Source: Patescibacteria group bacterium | GTDB taxonomy: Bacteria; Patescibacteriota; JABMPQ01; JAHIRA01 | Assembly (NCBI GenBank): GCA_018818205.1 | Contig: JAHISJ010000006.1 | Span: 41,817-105,816 of the forward strand | Direction: 5' to 3' | Length of the DNA stretch: 64,000 nucleotides | Shown: positions 26,914-38,958 of the stretch, piece by piece | How positions within the stretch are numbered: position 1 is the stretch's first letter | How the letters are laid out: each line of letters opens with the position of its first letter | Position numbers and translations under genes: made by a program | The notes under the pieces: model-generated | The model's database searches: none | What the model was told of the DNA's origin: nothing | What the model saw: the letters and a program-made list of their open reading frames with translations, nothing else

Positions 26914-29900
26914 TTACGTTACTTTTCCTCGTCCCACAAGCTCCTCAATCTCACTAATGACCTCTGGGCGAGGATCAATATTGATACTTGTGTGAAGGCG
27001 TTTCATTGCACCTTCAGGACTTTTTACGTTTAAAAATACTTTTTTATCGCCTGGGTAATTTGCCAGCGTAGTTTTAAGGGAGACAAAAAATTGCTTTGTT
27101 GCCTTATTTGGTACGGCGATTTCAATAAAATCCTTTATTTTCTTTTTTTGAGGAAGGTTTTGAGGTTTCTTTTTTTCCCATTTTTTGATGGTTTCATCAG
27201 AGAGGGGATACACTTTTTCTGCCAGGACTTTTATTTCACCGTCTTTATCATTGAGACGACCCTTAATAAGTACCAAGGAGTCTTCATTCCATATTTCAGG
27301 ATCTTTTTTTAGGATTGAGGGAAACACTAAGACTTCTGTTGAGCCGGTATGATCTTCAAGGGTTGCAAAGAGCATCGGTTCATTGCTTTTGGTAATAATT
27401 TTTTTTGTGCTAATAATGACGCCGCCAACCAAAGCCTTAGTATCTGATGCGCTGTTTTTAAGTTCAGTGCAGAGTGTTGTATGAGCGCTTAAAAAATCTT
27501 TATACTCATCAACCGGGTGCTCGCTTACGTACACGCCTAGAAGTTCCTTTTCCCAAGAGAGCCGATCTTTTTTTGAAGCTGTTTCGACTTGATCTAGCAT
27601 GAGATGGGGGAGAGCGGCTGACTTTTTAGTATTACCAAACAAATCCTTTTGGCCGGAAAGCGCATTCTTTTGTGCGTTTTTTGAAAAGGAAAGGAGCTTA
27701 TCCATAGAGGCGAGTACCTGGTTTCTCTCGGCAAGGCTATCAAATGCTCCTGACTTGGCAAATGCCTCAATCGATTTTTTATTTAAATCCTTACAGAGCA
27801 CGTGTGAAAGGAGTTCATCGAGTGATTTGAATCGACCCTCCTTTTTTCTAACGTTGATTATTTCTTTTATTGCTCCGTTACCGACATTCTTTATTGCTGA
27901 GAGCCCAAATCGAATAATTGGTTTGTCGTCAGTGTTTTTAACAACAGTAAAATTTGCAAAACTTTCATTGATGTCCGGGGGAAGCACTGTAATACCCATT
28001 TGTTCACATTCAGCAATCTCGATTGCAACGCGGTCAGTGTTTTGTTGGTCGGCGGTGAGCAGTGCAGCCATAAAATCAACGGGGTAATGTGCCTTAAGAT
28101 ATGCCGTTTGATAGCCAATAAGTGCGTAGCATGCAGCGTGACTTCTGTTAAAGCCGTAGCCGGCAAACGGCTCAATAAACTCAAATATTTTCTTTGCAAT
28201 GCTTATCTTTACGCCATTTTTCTTGCATCCCTTGATAAAGTTTTGTTTCTGTTCCATGAGCAGTGACTTGATTTTTTTGCCCACTGCTTTTCTTAGCAGG
28301 TCAGCTTCACCAAGTGAGAACCCGGCAAGTTCCTGTGCAATCTTCATGACTTGTTCTTGATAGATTGCAACACCGTACGTTTTTTCTAAAATAGGTTTTA
28401 GTTTAGGGTGGATGTAGTTTGCCTCTTTTTTGCCGTGCTTTCCAGCGATGTAATCTGGAATCCACTCCATAGGTCCAGGCCGGTACAGAGAGACCATAGC
28501 AATAATATCTTCAAATTCAGTAGGCCTCAGCATTTTGAGATAGCGTTTCATTCCCGATGATTCCAACTGAAATACTCCGGTTGTTTGTCCTTTTTGGAGA
28601 AGCTCGAACGTTTTTTTGTCATCAAAGTCAGTTTTGGGAATCGCAACTTTTTTCCCGTGGATTTTCTCAATAAGCTCGAGCGTGTTTTGAATGATAGTGA
28701 GGTTTTTAAGTCCCAAAAAATCCATTTTAAGGAGGCCAAGAGACTCAAGGATTTGCCCGGGGTACTGAGTGACAATACTCTCTTTGTCTTGAGTCGACAG
28801 CTGAAGTGGGACGTAGTTTGTCAGTTTTTGTTTGGTGATTACGACGCCACAGGCATGGGTGGATGCATGGCGGGCTGCTCCCTCAAGCTTCTTTGCCGCA
28901 TCTACCATGCGTTTGGCTTGTGGATCACCGTCGTACAGTTCTTTGAGTTCAGAGTTTATATCCAGTGCTTGCTCAAGCGAGCGGAACTGAGGAATCATCT
29001 TTGCAATGCGATCACAATAGTCATACGGGTAGCCAAGGACGCGACCAACATCGCGAATGGCAGCGCGTGCTGCCATGGTTCCAAACGTAATTATCTGAGC
29101 CACGTTATTATGGCCATATTTTTCTGTGACATACGAAATAACTTCATCGCGACGGGTATCAGCAAAATCTAAGTCGATATCAGGCATACTCACACGTGCC
29201 GGATTTAGAAACCTTTCAAAGAGAAGGTCATATTTGAGTGGATCTATATCGGTAATATTGGTCAGGTATGATACCAAGCTTCCTGCAGCGCTACCTCTTC
29301 CGGGACCAACAATAATCCCTTTGTTTTTAGCGAAATTTACAAAATCCTGCACAATGAGGAAGTACGTAGCATAGCCGGTTTTTTTAATGATCGAGAGTTC
29401 ATAGTCGATTCTATCATTAATTTCTTTACTGTTTTCTGGATCGTTACCATATCTGTCTTCAATTCCTTTTTTGCATAGCTCTTTTAAATAATCGTTTGCA
29501 TCCTTTTTCTTTGGGACTGCATAAGCGGGGAGAATAGGTTTCCCGAGTTCAAGCTCAAGGTCACACTTGTCTGCAATTTCTACGGAATGGGTAAGTACTT
29601 CCGGATTATCTTTAAAGACGTCAAGCATTGCGTCGGTCGTTTTGATAGAGTAATCATCACCAATCATAGATAGTCGGTCTTTTTCATCGATTGTTTTTTG
29701 TGTTTGTATGCAGCACAGAATATCTTGAAATTGATCATCATTTGGAGCGAGGTAGTGCGTGTCGTTTGTAGCAACGGTGTTTAGGCCATATTTTGAGGCA
29801 ATACTAAACATACCTTCATTAACTTGTCCTTGCTTGTCAATGCTGGGGTGATGCTGAACTTCCAGGTAAAAGTTCTCTTCGCCAAAAAGTGACGTGTATC

Positions 29901-30381
29901 TCTTAATAACGTCATCAATCTCTTTTTTATTCTCTTTTAATATGGCTTGTGGCAGGTGACCTTGGATGCAAGCAGTTGAGGCAATGAGGCCGGAAGAATG
30001 TTTCTTAAGCAGCTCATAATCAATTCGAGGTTTGTAATAAAACCCCTCAGTATGTGCTCTAGTGGTAAGTTCAAGGAGATTTTTGTATCCCTCTTCGTTT
30101 TTTGCGAGCAAGATGAGATGGTAGGGGGAGACGTCTATTCGTGCGCGTTTGTTTTTTCTGCCATTTTTGGCAATATACATCTCACAGCCAATGATAGGCT
30201 TTATCCCTGCTGCTTTTGCTTTTTGATAAAATTCCACCGCACCATACATGACGCCATGATCAGTAAGGGCAATAGCCTTCATATTAAGCTCTTTTGCGCG
30301 TGCGATAATATCATCAATTTTGGGGAGCCCGTCAAGGAGACTATAGTGGCTATGGACGTGGAGATGGACAAAATCAGACAT
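26914..30381 (-). CDS. dnaE: DNA polymerase III alpha subunit
   Basis: [16 protein letters not shown] domain, [31 protein letters not shown]. Confidence 0.99.
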   Translation of the reverse strand: MSDFVHLHVHSHYSLLDGLPKIDDIIARAKELNMKAIALTDHGVMYGAVEFYQKAKAAGIKPIIGCEMYIAKNGRKNKRARIDVSPYHLILLAKNEEGYKNLLELTTRAHTEGFYYKPRIDYELLKKHSSGLIASTACIQGHLPQAILKENKKEIDDVIKRYTSLFGEENFYLEVQHHPSIDKQGQVNEGMFSIASKYGLNTVATNDTHYLAPNDDQFQDILCCIQTQKTIDEKDRLSMIGDDYSIKTTDAMLDVFKDNPEVLTHSVEIADKCDLELELGKPILPAYAVPKKKDANDYLKELCKKGIEDRYGNDPENSKEINDRIDYELSIIKKTGYATYFLIVQDFVNFAKNKGIIVGPGRGSAAGSLVSYLTNITDIDPLKYDLLFERFLNPARVSMPDIDLDFADTRRDEVISYVTEKYGHNNVAQIITFGTMAARAAIRDVGRVLGYPYDYCDRIAKMIPQFRSLEQALDINSELKELYDGDPQAKRMVDAAKKLEGAARHASTHACGVVITKQKLTNYVPLQLSTQDKESIVTQYPGQILESLGLLKMDFLGLKNLTIIQNTLELIEKIHGKKVAIPKTDFDDKKTFELLQKGQTTGVFQLESSGMKRYLKMLRPTEFEDIIAMVSLYRPGPMEWIPDYIAGKHGKKEANYIHPKLKPILEKTYGVAIYQEQVMKIAQELAGFSLGEADLLRKAVGKKIKSLLMEQKQNFIKGCKKNGVKISIAKKIFEFIEPFAGYGFNRSHAACYALIGYQTAYLKAHYPVDFMAALLTADQQNTDRVAIEIAECEQMGITVLPPDINESFANFTVVKNTDDKPIIRFGLSAIKNVGNGAIKEIINVRKKEGRFKSLDELLSHVLCKDLNKKSIEAFAKSGAFDSLAERNQVLASMDKLLSFSKNAQKNALSGQKDLFGNTKKSAALPHLMLDQVETASKKDRLSWEKELLGVYVSEHPVDEYKDFLSAHTTLCTELKNSASDTKALVGGVIISTKKIITKSNEPMLFATLEDHTGSTEVLVFPSILKKDPEIWNEDSLVLIKGRLNDKDGEIKVLAEKVYPLSDETIKKWEKKKPQNLPQKKKIKDFIEIAVPNKATKQFFVSLKTTLANYPGDKKVFLNVKSPEGAMKRLHTSINIDPRPEVISEIEELVGRGKVT

Positions 30382-30383
30382 TG

Positions 30384-31052
30384 CTACTTGGTGTTAGAGT
30401 TGTCAGAGGAAAAAGAGCTTTCGGTGCTGGCTATTACTTTTTTCCTTCTTTTTTCAAAATAGAAAAAGGTACTTAAAATAATGGTGAGAACTCCGGCAAC
30501 CAACAGAAAGGTAAAGAGTATCCACGAGAAGAGGAAGTGGGAGACAGAAACAAGACCTGACACCGCTTTTTTCCCGACTTGTGTTGAATCAAGAATGTAG
30601 ACTAGGAGGAAAAAGGCAAAAAAACCGATAATAAGACGAGTCATTGTTTTTTTGAACTTTCCTTTGCTCTTTTCTACACGCGCAATAACTTTGTTTTTGA
30701 GTGATGCATGCGCATGCTTTTCTGTCTCAGTGAGTGATCTGATTGCATCCATGTAGACGCGAAGTACCTCTTCTGCTTCTTTTTCTGATATTTCTGCGTT
30801 AAGATCGTTTTTGAGTTTTGACGTTACACGTCGAGCAATGATAAGCTCTTTTACATTATCCATTACTCCCGATGCAGCACGGACTTTCTCAGTTGTTTTT
30901 TTCCCCGTATAACCGAGTTTTTCTAAAAGAGCGTCGAGTACTTTATCGGTTTCTATGACAGCCATAGCTGAACCAGCGGGCGTTTTCTCGTTTAAATACG
31001 CTTGCACTGTATCCCAATCGAGTTTTTCTGCATTGATTTTTTTCTCTTTCAT
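30384..31052 (-). CDS. Hypothetical membrane protein
   Basis: [17 protein letters not shown] helical domain plus two C-terminal TMs. Confidence 0.7.
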   Translation of the reverse strand: MKEKKINAEKLDWDTVQAYLNEKTPAGSAMAVIETDKVLDALLEKLGYTGKKTTEKVRAASGVMDNVKELIIARRVTSKLKNDLNAEISEKEAEEVLRVYMDAIRSLTETEKHAHASLKNKVIARVEKSKGKFKKTMTRLIIGFFAFFLLVYILDSTQVGKKAVSGLVSVSHFLFSWILFTFLLVAGVLTIILSTFFYFEKRRKKVIASTESSFSSDNSNTK

Positions 31053-31139
31053 GTGTGTCTCATTTCATTAGTGTCATCTTTCATTTTACCGCACTTACGT
31101 GGGGAGATGCAAGTGTGATAATCTCTGCCTTTTTGAATA

Positions 31140-31178
31140 AAAAAACCTACTTCTTTGGCTTTACGAAGTAGGTTTTTT
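31140..31178. terminator. Intrinsic terminator
   Basis: AAAAAACCTACTTC...GAAGTAGGTTTTTT downstream of YtxH-like gene. Confidence 0.65.
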
Positions 31179-31201
31179 AGAAAATTATTTGGGAGATCTT
31201 T

Positions 31202-31480
31202 TTAGTTCTTCTTAAATGCCTTCTTTGCTTTATACGCTTTATCTCGAGCTTCTTCAACACTTTCATCAATTTTTTCCTTGAAAAGACCTGCTTTTTCCAT
31301 TGCTTCCTTTTTTGCAAGATGACCTTTTATTTTTGCCTCGTCAGCTTTTTGCTTGAGTTGTTTTCTTGTCTTATCACCGCTTTGTGGTGCATAGAGAAGT
31401 GCAATTCCGGCTCCAAGCAGTCCTCCTACAAGAAAACCTGCAAAGAATCCTTTTGGTGACATACAACTGTTGTTTGACAT
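31202..31480 (-). CDS. YtxH domain-containing protein
   Basis: GFLVGGLLGAGIALLYAPQSGDKTRKQL. Confidence 0.9.
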   Translation of the reverse strand: MSNNSCMSPKGFFAGFLVGGLLGAGIALLYAPQSGDKTRKQLKQKADEAKIKGHLAKKEAMEKAGLFKEKIDESVEEARDKAYKAKKAFKKN

Positions 31481-31491
31481 ATACTCTATAA

Positions 31492-31824
31492 TTATTTTTT
31501 CTTTTTATTAAATAAATCCATACCTTCTTTAATATTTGATGCCGTTTGCTTGATACCTTTTACTACACCTGCAAGCGATGCAATCGGCTTTAGAACATTT
31601 TCATTTATTGTCTGTACGCTTTTATTGATGTCGGTTAGTGTGGTGACTGTTTCATCTACCACCGGGTCCACACGTTTGAGCTTGCCATTAACATCCTCGA
31701 GAGTTTTTTGTGATTCTTGTACTGTTTTAGTAAGGGCATAAATAAAATAGCACAAAAAACCGGTAAACGCGAGAAGTGCTAATGAACCGCACAAATAAAG
31801 GACATCTGAACTTGTTTGTAGCAT
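31492..31824 (-). CDS. DUF948/YtxG-like membrane coiled-coil protein
   Basis: N-terminal TM then coiled coil; directly upstream of YtxH as in ytxG-ytxH pairs. Confidence 0.65.
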   Translation of the reverse strand: MLQTSSDVLYLCGSLALLAFTGFLCYFIYALTKTVQESQKTLEDVNGKLKRVDPVVDETVTTLTDINKSVQTINENVLKPIASLAGVVKGIKQTASNIKEGMDLFNKKKK

Positions 31825-31935
31825 TTTCTTTTTATTTAAAATGACTTAATCGCTACGTTCATTGTATCATATTATTTCCACTTTGTCAAAGGAGAAATCC
31901 TGTGGTATATTGTAATCGATTAATAATTGACACAC

Positions 31936-32826
31936 ATGCCATTTGGAATTGGGAAGAAGCCCGAGGAGCCGCTTTCTCCGCTTGATCAGAGGAAGAAGCA
32001 GGTAGAGGCCAAGGAGCAAGATATAGACAAAGAGTATGATCGAAAGCTCTTTATTGTGAAATATAAGAGACCTTTTATCTATGGTGCTATCGCTGTTATT
32101 TTGGGTATAGTGCTTACTATTGGTATTATAAATGGTGCTAAATACATTGAATCTTTTTTCCCTGAAGAGGATACGACTCCTATTGTAGAGGAGGAGAAGC
32201 CTTCTGCTGATTTTAAGATTACGTCAAAGGATGTGACGATTATTTCAGAAACTGATGATTCCTATGATGTATTTATGCGTCTTGTCAATACCGATCCGGT
32301 GTGGGGGGTAAGTAAGCTAGCATATACGGTCGTACTTAAAGATGCTGCGGGACAGGAAGTTGGGAGAAAAAGTGGAACTACATACAGTGCGCCTCGATCT
32401 ACGAGGACGCTTGCGGTGCTTGGCGTTGATGTTGCTGCAGAACCTGCTTCGATAGAGGTGCTTTTAGACCCGGTGATGGTCCAAAAGCTCAAAGATTTTG
32501 GTTCGATTCAGCTGACGCTTAAAAATGTTAGATACGAAGATTTTAGAGGGAGGGGGAGAGTAACGGGAACATTGGTAAACGATTCGCCGTTTAGTTTTAA
32601 TCAGGTTGACTTAGATGTGGTACTTTTTAATAAGCAGCAAGAGATAGTTGGTATTAATCATACCAACGTGAATGCGATACGTTCTGGTGAAGAGCGCGAT
32701 TTTGTGGTGACATGGCCGGATTATTTAGGCGAGTCAACTCAGGCTATTGTTGAGCCAAGTGTTGACGTATTTTCGTCTTCGGCGTTTATGAACGAATATC
32801 AAGAGGGGCAGGAACTCAGTTATTAA
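31936..32826 (+). CDS. Membrane-anchored protein with Ig-like (FxLYD-like) domains
   Basis: One TM; VTGTLVNDS...V.LDVVLFN....IVG...N.I.SGE.R.F. Confidence 0.7.
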   Translation: MPFGIGKKPEEPLSPLDQRKKQVEAKEQDIDKEYDRKLFIVKYKRPFIYGAIAVILGIVLTIGIINGAKYIESFFPEEDTTPIVEEEKPSADFKITSKDVTIISETDDSYDVFMRLVNTDPVWGVSKLAYTVVLKDAAGQEVGRKSGTTYSAPRSTRTLAVLGVDVAAEPASIEVLLDPVMVQKLKDFGSIQLTLKNVRYEDFRGRGRVTGTLVNDSPFSFNQVDLDVVLFNKQQEIVGINHTNVNAIRSGEERDFVVTWPDYLGESTQAIVEPSVDVFSSSAFMNEYQEGQELSY

Positions 32827-32836
32827 GAGATAACGT

Positions 32837-33955
32837 ATGAGACGATTTTTTGAGATTATTAAAAATATGGATTGGCTGCTATTTGCAACCGTCTGTATTT
32901 TGGTAATTTTAGGTCTTGTACTGATATACTCTACAACAACAACTGAGGAAGCTCGGTGGAGCACTGAGTTTATTAAGCAGCTTGTAGCGTTTGGGATAGG
33001 CGTCATTTTAATCTTTGTTCTCGCTATTGTTGATTACAATACGTTTAAAAACTATGCATATGTGTTATATGCATTTTTAATTATTCTTTTAATTGCTGTG
33101 CTGTTCTTAGGCCAAGAAGTACGGGGGACGCGTGGTTGGTTTGATCTTGGGATTTTTCAGTTTCAGCCTTCTGAGCTTGGGAAAGTAATTTTGCTTATTA
33201 TCTTGTCTCGGTATTTTGCAAGTGTTTCCGGACGGGTGAGTCGGTTTCAGTTTGTTCTTGTTTCTGGTTTGATTACTGCAATTCCTTTTACCCTGGTGAT
33301 GTTTCAGCCCGATCTTGGGTCGGCCCTTGTGTATATTGCCATTTGGATTGGGCTTTTACTTTTTTCTGGAATTAAGAAAATTTATGCTTTTTTTCTCTTT
33401 GTCAGCGGTGCGGCACTCACAGTCTTTGCATGGCTCTTTTTTTTAAAAGACTATCAAAAGCAGCGCATCATCAGTTTTTTAAATCCAGCGTCTGATCCGC
33501 TTGGAGCAGGGTATAATATTATTCAGTCGAAAATTGCGGTTGGATCTGGTGGGTTTTTTGGACAGGGGCTTGGCCATGGTACGCAAAGTCAGCTCAGGTT
33601 CTTGCCGGAGCGTCACACAGATTTTATTTTTGCTGTGCTTACGGAAGAGCTTGGCTTTCTTGGGGGTATTATTATGCTTCTTGTCTTCTTTGTCATCTTT
33701 TGGCGTATTATTAGTATTGGAAGGCATTCACGCGACGAGTTTGGTATTATGCTTGTAATTGGTGCCGTCGTTATGTTTGTTTTTCAGATTTTTGTAAATA
33801 TTGGTATGAACCTGGGTATTATGCCTATAACCGGTATTCCACTTGTCCTAGTGAGCTATGGAGGAAGTGCGTTGGTTATGACGCTTATTGTTATTGGGAT
33901 TATTCAGAGTATTAAGGTGAGAGGCAGGAAAGACCAGGAACATATTGTTGAATAA
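32837..33955 (+). CDS. rodA: Rod shape-determining protein RodA (SEDS glycosyltransferase)
   Basis: FQPSELGK, QPDLGSA, YQKQRI, GYNIIQSKIAVGSGG, LPERHTDFIF, P.TGIPL..VSYGGS. Confidence 0.95.
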   Translation: MRRFFEIIKNMDWLLFATVCILVILGLVLIYSTTTTEEARWSTEFIKQLVAFGIGVILIFVLAIVDYNTFKNYAYVLYAFLIILLIAVLFLGQEVRGTRGWFDLGIFQFQPSELGKVILLIILSRYFASVSGRVSRFQFVLVSGLITAIPFTLVMFQPDLGSALVYIAIWIGLLLFSGIKKIYAFFLFVSGAALTVFAWLFFLKDYQKQRIISFLNPASDPLGAGYNIIQSKIAVGSGGFFGQGLGHGTQSQLRFLPERHTDFIFAVLTEELGFLGGIIMLLVFFVIFWRIISIGRHSRDEFGIMLVIGAVVMFVFQIFVNIGMNLGIMPITGIPLVLVSYGGSALVMTLIVIGIIQSIKVRGRKDQEHIVE

Positions 33956-34023
33956 AAAAAGGCCACGCTTTCCTAAGGGAGAGGTGGCTTTTGTAATGTT
34001 GGCGTTTTTAAACATTTGTTGAA

Positions 34024-34599
34024 CTACTCTTCTGCAAGATAACTCGCGAGTGCAGAAGCGAGGTTTCTTAATGCTGTAAGTTCAAACGGTGAAATAGAAA
34101 ATGTTCCTTTTTGATGTTGTAAGAATCCTGCCATAAGCACTTCAACAGCAATGTGGTATGCGTCTCCTGCTTGAATAGTGCTTTTCAGCACTGTCTCAGC
34201 ACCTTCAATAGCGGTTTTAAGCCCAAGCTTAGATAACAATGAATGTAATGTTTCGCCCGGTTTGTTGTTTCCGAATTTAGAGAGCTCAACAAGCATGGCA
34301 ATGCCTAACCAAAACGGTAAGCAGTGGAAGATTGTGATAAAAAGGATTCGTTCTTGGTCAATTGTTTTGAGTGACGCAATTTTTTCTGAGCCCAAATACT
34401 TACTAGGATACAATGCGTGTTTGCAATTTGGAAAACATTGAACAATAGAAAATGGTCTACCTTCTGGCCTGGAATGCCAGATAATACCTTCAGAATTTTC
34501 TACGCCGTAGCCCACGATATCGGGGTTGCAATTTTGAACAAAAGGGAGATGAATCGTGGCAAGAGCGCTCTCTACGAGCGCGCGAGGGTTTTTGCACAT
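34024..34599 (-). CDS. Hypothetical protein (ORFan)
   Basis: GGAGG SD and consensus promoter upstream; no recognised motif. Confidence 0.65.
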   Translation of the reverse strand: MCKNPRALVESALATIHLPFVQNCNPDIVGYGVENSEGIIWHSRPEGRPFSIVQCFPNCKHALYPSKYLGSEKIASLKTIDQERILFITIFHCLPFWLGIAMLVELSKFGNNKPGETLHSLLSKLGLKTAIEGAETVLKSTIQAGDAYHIAVEVLMAGFLQHQKGTFSISPFELTALRNLASALASYLAEE

Positions 34600-34643
34600 T
34601 TTGGTCCTCCTGTGTGAAAAAAATCTACTACTATTAGCGGGTT

Positions 34644-34672
34644 ATTATATGTGAAGGGTGGCTATTTGTCAA
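34644..34672 (-). promoter_or_regulatory. Perfect consensus sigma70 promoter
   Basis: TTGACA-17-TATAAT on minus strand. Confidence 0.8.
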
Positions 34673-34678
34673 TGTCCT

Positions 34679-36333
34679 TCAATCTACCTCATATACCCAC
34701 ACCAATTCATCTTCATAAACTCTTTTTAGTCCAAACGTTTCAACTATTTCAGCATCCATCCCATTTTCCAACACAACATATTTAACGTCCATATCCCTAA
34801 GAATTTCTTGTGCAATAAAAGCATCTGGGGTAGATACAGTAATTTCTTTTTTCCCGGTGAGCTCAGCAATAACTGGAGTAGCGTTTAAAAACGCTTGTGA
34901 CATGGTGGTTTTTCTTGATATGTATCCATCTACCATTTTTTTGCCATGAATCGTCTGAAAGTAGAGTGGCTTAGTGTAGTTTTCATGCAGATCAATAATG
35001 GCAAAGTCTCCTGGCTCTTTTGCAAGATCGTAGTAAAAAGACGAGACGGGATAGTGCGTTACGGTAAACGGGAATGCGGCAAGTTCAAGTACTAAAAATG
35101 TGCTTACGATTGTCATGAGAATGAGTCTTTTTCTTATATTTTTTGATCTTTTCAGCAAATAAGTAAGTCCTATGGCCGCAAGGATACTGATGCAAAAGAT
35201 CACCAAAGCAGTGAATCTTGTTGGAACGCCTGTAAGGGAAAATCCGGGGATATGTTTATACAAAAGTATATATGGAAGAGGAATAATAGAAATCGCACCA
35301 GCAAAATGCACGTGTGGCCCAAGTGCTAAAATGCCAAAAATAATAGTTGCACCTGCCAGAAAACGTACGAGCATCTTTTTTCTGTATTTCCACACAGCAA
35401 CTCCGGCAAAAAATAATGCTCCGTATCCTATATAGTTATTATTTTCTGATGCGTTTCCAATAAAATGCTTGGTAAGATTTTGAAAGAATGTGCCAATGGT
35501 TTGTATTTGGCTGGGCACAAAGAAGCTGAGTACGTCTGCTGACCATTCTTCTGGGTTTCTTTCTGCCACAAACTCGTGTGAAACAAGAGCACTTCCAATA
35601 TAGGCAATAAGTGGAGCAAGTACTACTAGACTTATTGCTATAATCGGAACACTATCTCTTATATAGGTAACCGTTTTGTGTCGACTTTTAAGCGAAAGAT
35701 ATATAAAAATTAATGCTGAAAGAAAAACAAGAAATGCTGCGTAGTATATTGATGATAGGGCAGTGAGTATAAAAAAGAGTGCTGCATGCCCCGCGTTTTT
35801 AAACGAGTATGCTTTAAACGTTTTAGGAGGTAAAGCACAAAAAGTGGCATCCACCCAAGAGAAATAAGATTCATATGACCGAGTCCATGGCCAAGGTGGT
35901 AGGGAGAAAAGGCAAAAATACACCCGGCAACAAAAGCTGCAAATCGATTTTTAGTGAGATAAAAGGCAAGAAGGTACATACTAAAGCCGCTCAAGGCAAA
36001 GTTAGCAAGAAAAACCACATTGTAGGACTCAGTAAAACTTATTACGTATGAAAGCAGCGCGCCAATAACACTATTTAATGGGGAGAGGGTGTGAAGCGCC
36101 AATGTGGTCCCATGTGGGTGGTGTAAAAGGTCAGTATAGTAAGGATTTTGAGCCTTTTCTAGCACAGTCGTTTTTACCCAGTAAATATTCCAAACGTTTT
36201 GCCAGGCGTCACCTTTGTTTCCGGCAACATGTGTGTTGAAGTTCAAAATGACTGAGTAAAACTGGATGCATGTAAGTACTACAAAGAGGAGTAGGATAAA
36301 GAAGTGCTTACTTGTTATGCGGTCTGGTTTCAT
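34679..36333 (-). pseudogene. Frameshifted multi-TM GT-C (YfhO-like) glycosyltransferase
   Basis: Overlapping ORFs 35710-36333 (GDAWQNVWN, FAFSPYH) and 34679-35923 (LALGP, P.RF, YFQT.H.K..V.GY.SR) join into one protein if one A is added to the A4 run at 35821-35824. Confidence 0.7.
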
Positions 36334-36523
36334 TTAAGACAAATTAAAATCCAAGAAAATCTTATAAACTAATAATGCTAACATATTGTTGCAAAACAAA
36401 AAATAAAGTTTTTTGATTTCAAAATAAGGGAAAAAGGTGCTTGACTTGAAGTTGAAGATATGACATTAATGCTGTAACTTAGAAGATTTCTGAGTTTTGC
36501 TGTACTTTTTAAGGAGGAAAAAG

Positions 36524-37483
36524 TTGAAAAATGAAGTAGAGGAAATTAAAAGTGAAATTAATAAGATTGGTGCAGATGGACATGAAGTAGATCCAGGTGT
36601 ATTTGATCGGTTGCTAGAGTTAGGGAAGAAAGTTCTTGATACCCCCTGGGCCTCAAGTGTTTGGACAGAGATTTCGAGCGTTCCTGGACTAACTATGCAA
36701 CAACTTGGAGAGATAGCAGGATTCTATGTCGATTATGATTTACTCAGGTCTATTATTAAAAAAATAGCACACTTGCATACTCAAACAGCACCTCATGTTG
36801 CAGAGGGAGACCAATTATTCCATGAACTTCTTTTTGGTGTTGCTCTTCAGGCGAGCAGGTTAAGTGATCCTCACGCTATTACGCAATGTCTCTTAACACA
36901 TGTTGATCTTGAGCTCCTTACTCTTGAGCAATTGTGTATTCTTGCGCATGGCACATGTGAATCTAGAGAGAGTGAGTTGGGAAGAGATACCGTTTTCCAA
37001 AAAGATGTATTCTTGACGATTATCAAAGCTTTTAGCAATTTTGATGAGGAAAGGTTAGCTAGAATTGTACAAGACGATTCGAGCAGATATGTTCTGAGAT
37101 TGGCGGCAGTTGCTTCTGGACGGGTAACGGTTGACGTTGCAGCGTCGGTATTTAATGCCAAAGATTTTGTTATCGTTCTTGACAATCTTCTTCTAGTTGG
37201 ACCTAAGACATATGAATTTTTGGTGAGACTGGCAAAGCACTATGACGACGACGAAGTGTATGCTGAACTTGCCAAGGAACTAACCTGGGCAGAGCTTGAC
37301 ATTGGTGCAGGTATTGATCTTTGCGTTCTTGCAGGGGAAGAAGTGTTTTGGGAGACTTTTTGCTCTAAGCTCAATGTCGATCTGGTTATTGGTTCGCATG
37401 TTCTAAGGTTTTTTGCCGATGCTCCAGGTACTATCTTTAGTTTTTTTACTACACGTATAAAAATGGATATTCATGGTTTGTAA
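36524..37483 (+). CDS. Hypothetical helical protein (ORFan)
   Basis: AGGAGG SD before TTG at 36524; long ORF followed by hairpin and T tract at about 37502-37532. Confidence 0.65.
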   Translation: MKNEVEEIKSEINKIGADGHEVDPGVFDRLLELGKKVLDTPWASSVWTEISSVPGLTMQQLGEIAGFYVDYDLLRSIIKKIAHLHTQTAPHVAEGDQLFHELLFGVALQASRLSDPHAITQCLLTHVDLELLTLEQLCILAHGTCESRESELGRDTVFQKDVFLTIIKAFSNFDEERLARIVQDDSSRYVLRLAAVASGRVTVDVAASVFNAKDFVIVLDNLLLVGPKTYEFLVRLAKHYDDDEVYAELAKELTWAELDIGAGIDLCVLAGEEVFWETFCSKLNVDLVIGSHVLRFFADAPGTIFSFFTTRIKMDIHGL

Positions 37484-37675
37484 CACATGTTTTGTTGAAT
37501 TGCGAGCTTGTATGGGGGAGCTCGTTTTTTTTGTGCATTATTAGTGATTAGAAGTTATCAACTGTACATTTATTAGTGTCCAGTATAGGCTGTTTTTGGG
37601 CCAAAGATCAGGCTTGTATTTTTGGTAAAAATTTGCTATAATATAAGTACATTAACGATTTTTAAGAACATATAA

Positions 37676-38035
37676 ATGGTAGAAGGATTCGACGATAAAA
37701 ATCCAGACGGGCAAAATCCTCAAAATGGGAACGCTCGCTTTGCATCTGCATGCCCAATGTGTGGCACCGAGTATGCTCCTGAGGAAGCACGCGTTGTTTC
37801 TGAAAAAGAAGGTGCATTTCTTATTCACACTAATTGTAAGAAATGTCGCTGTTCTGTGGTAGCAACGCTTGTTGCAAATCAAATGGGTGTGAGCTCAGTT
37901 GGTCTTATTACTGATCTTACGTACGAGGATGTGATTAAATTTAAAGATGGGTCTGATATTACTGCTGATGATATTTTGCGTGTGTATACCGTTCTTTCAG
38001 AAGATAATCGAATAGAGAAGGCACTTAAAGTATAG
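37676..38035 (+). CDS. Hypothetical zinc-ribbon protein
   Basis: CPMC...HTNCKKC, then TDLT..DV..F; upstream TTGTAT-17-TATAAT. Confidence 0.75.
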   Translation: MVEGFDDKNPDGQNPQNGNARFASACPMCGTEYAPEEARVVSEKEGAFLIHTNCKKCRCSVVATLVANQMGVSSVGLITDLTYEDVIKFKDGSDITADDILRVYTVLSEDNRIEKALKV

Positions 38036-38174
38036 TTTCTCAATTGTTTCATGTGTATGTGAGACGTCTTTCTGGGCGTTTTTTTGTTTGGTCCAATTAT
38101 CAACAATGATTTTTACTTGCAATACTTGTGGTTACTGATATAATAGGATTCGTTTAAGGGTTAGCAAAAATTTT

Positions 38175-38915
38175 ATGGAATCAAAAAAACTCAAAGCACT
38201 TACGAGGGATAAAAAAGTAAACGCTGTACGGAATGAAGGATACGTTCCTGCTATTGTGTATGGGCATGACGTAACATCAACGAGCATCCAAATTCCTGAA
38301 AACGTTTTTACGAAGCTTTATTTAGAGATAGGTGAAAGTACCATTATTGATCTTGATGTTGATGGCAAGGTTCATAATGTACTCATTAAAGACGTTCAAG
38401 CAGACCCGGTAACCGGTGATTATTTGCACGTTGATTTTTATGCAATCAAAATGGACGAGGAGATTACTGCAGAGGTTGAACTTGAATACGTAGGGGAATC
38501 TAAGGCAGTCAAAGATGAAGACGGCATTTTGGTTAAAAACATCGATACACTTAACGTTACCTGTCTACCAGCAAATCTTCCTAAAAATATTTCGGTTGAT
38601 ATTTCTGTACTTGGTACCTTTGATGATGTTATCTCTGTTAAGGATCTTGTTTTGTCACCTGGCGTTACTGTCGATCGCGATAAAGACGATACCGTTGCAA
38701 CGGTAACACCTCCACGAAGTGAAGAAGAGCTCGCTGAGCTTGATGAAGCAGTTGAGGAAGATGTTGAGGGAGTTGAGGGTGTTGCTAAGGAAGGTGAGGA
38801 TGAGGAAGGTGAAGCAACAGAAAAGGAAGCCGCAGCCAGCCCGGAAAAGAAGGATGAGAAAGACGAGAAAGCCGAAGGTGAGCAAGATAAGGGTAAGACG
38901 GAAGAGAAAAAGTAA
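38175..38915 (+). CDS. rplY: 50S ribosomal protein L25/Ctc (long form, acidic tail)
   Basis: R.EGYVPAIVYG, VLIKDVQ.DPV....LHVDFY, CLP.NLP..I.VDIS. Confidence 0.95.
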   Translation: MESKKLKALTRDKKVNAVRNEGYVPAIVYGHDVTSTSIQIPENVFTKLYLEIGESTIIDLDVDGKVHNVLIKDVQADPVTGDYLHVDFYAIKMDEEITAEVELEYVGESKAVKDEDGILVKNIDTLNVTCLPANLPKNISVDISVLGTFDDVISVKDLVLSPGVTVDRDKDDTVATVTPPRSEEELAELDEAVEEDVEGVEGVAKEGEDEEGEATEKEAAASPEKKDEKDEKAEGEQDKGKTEEKK

Positions 38916-38958
38916 CCTAAAGAAAACAATAAAAGTCATTAATACAAGAACTACGTCG

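Noticed and set aside
26914-30381. Intein or split in dnaE (also checked in ntpA)
   Set aside because: Lengths (1155 and 590 aa) and motif continuity are normal
35815-35830. Programmed -1 frameshift
   Set aside because: No canonical X-XXY-YYZ slippery heptamer or evident stimulatory structure
37676-38035. Trm112-like activator for the Trm9-like enzyme
   Set aside because: Has CxxC pairs but lacks the YPI.DGIP-type signature, is longer, and lies 20 kb away
38719-38958. N-terminal part of ORF 38719-39276
   Set aside because: Overlaps the acidic tail of rplY out of frame; V-ATPase subunit H plausibly starts at 38959
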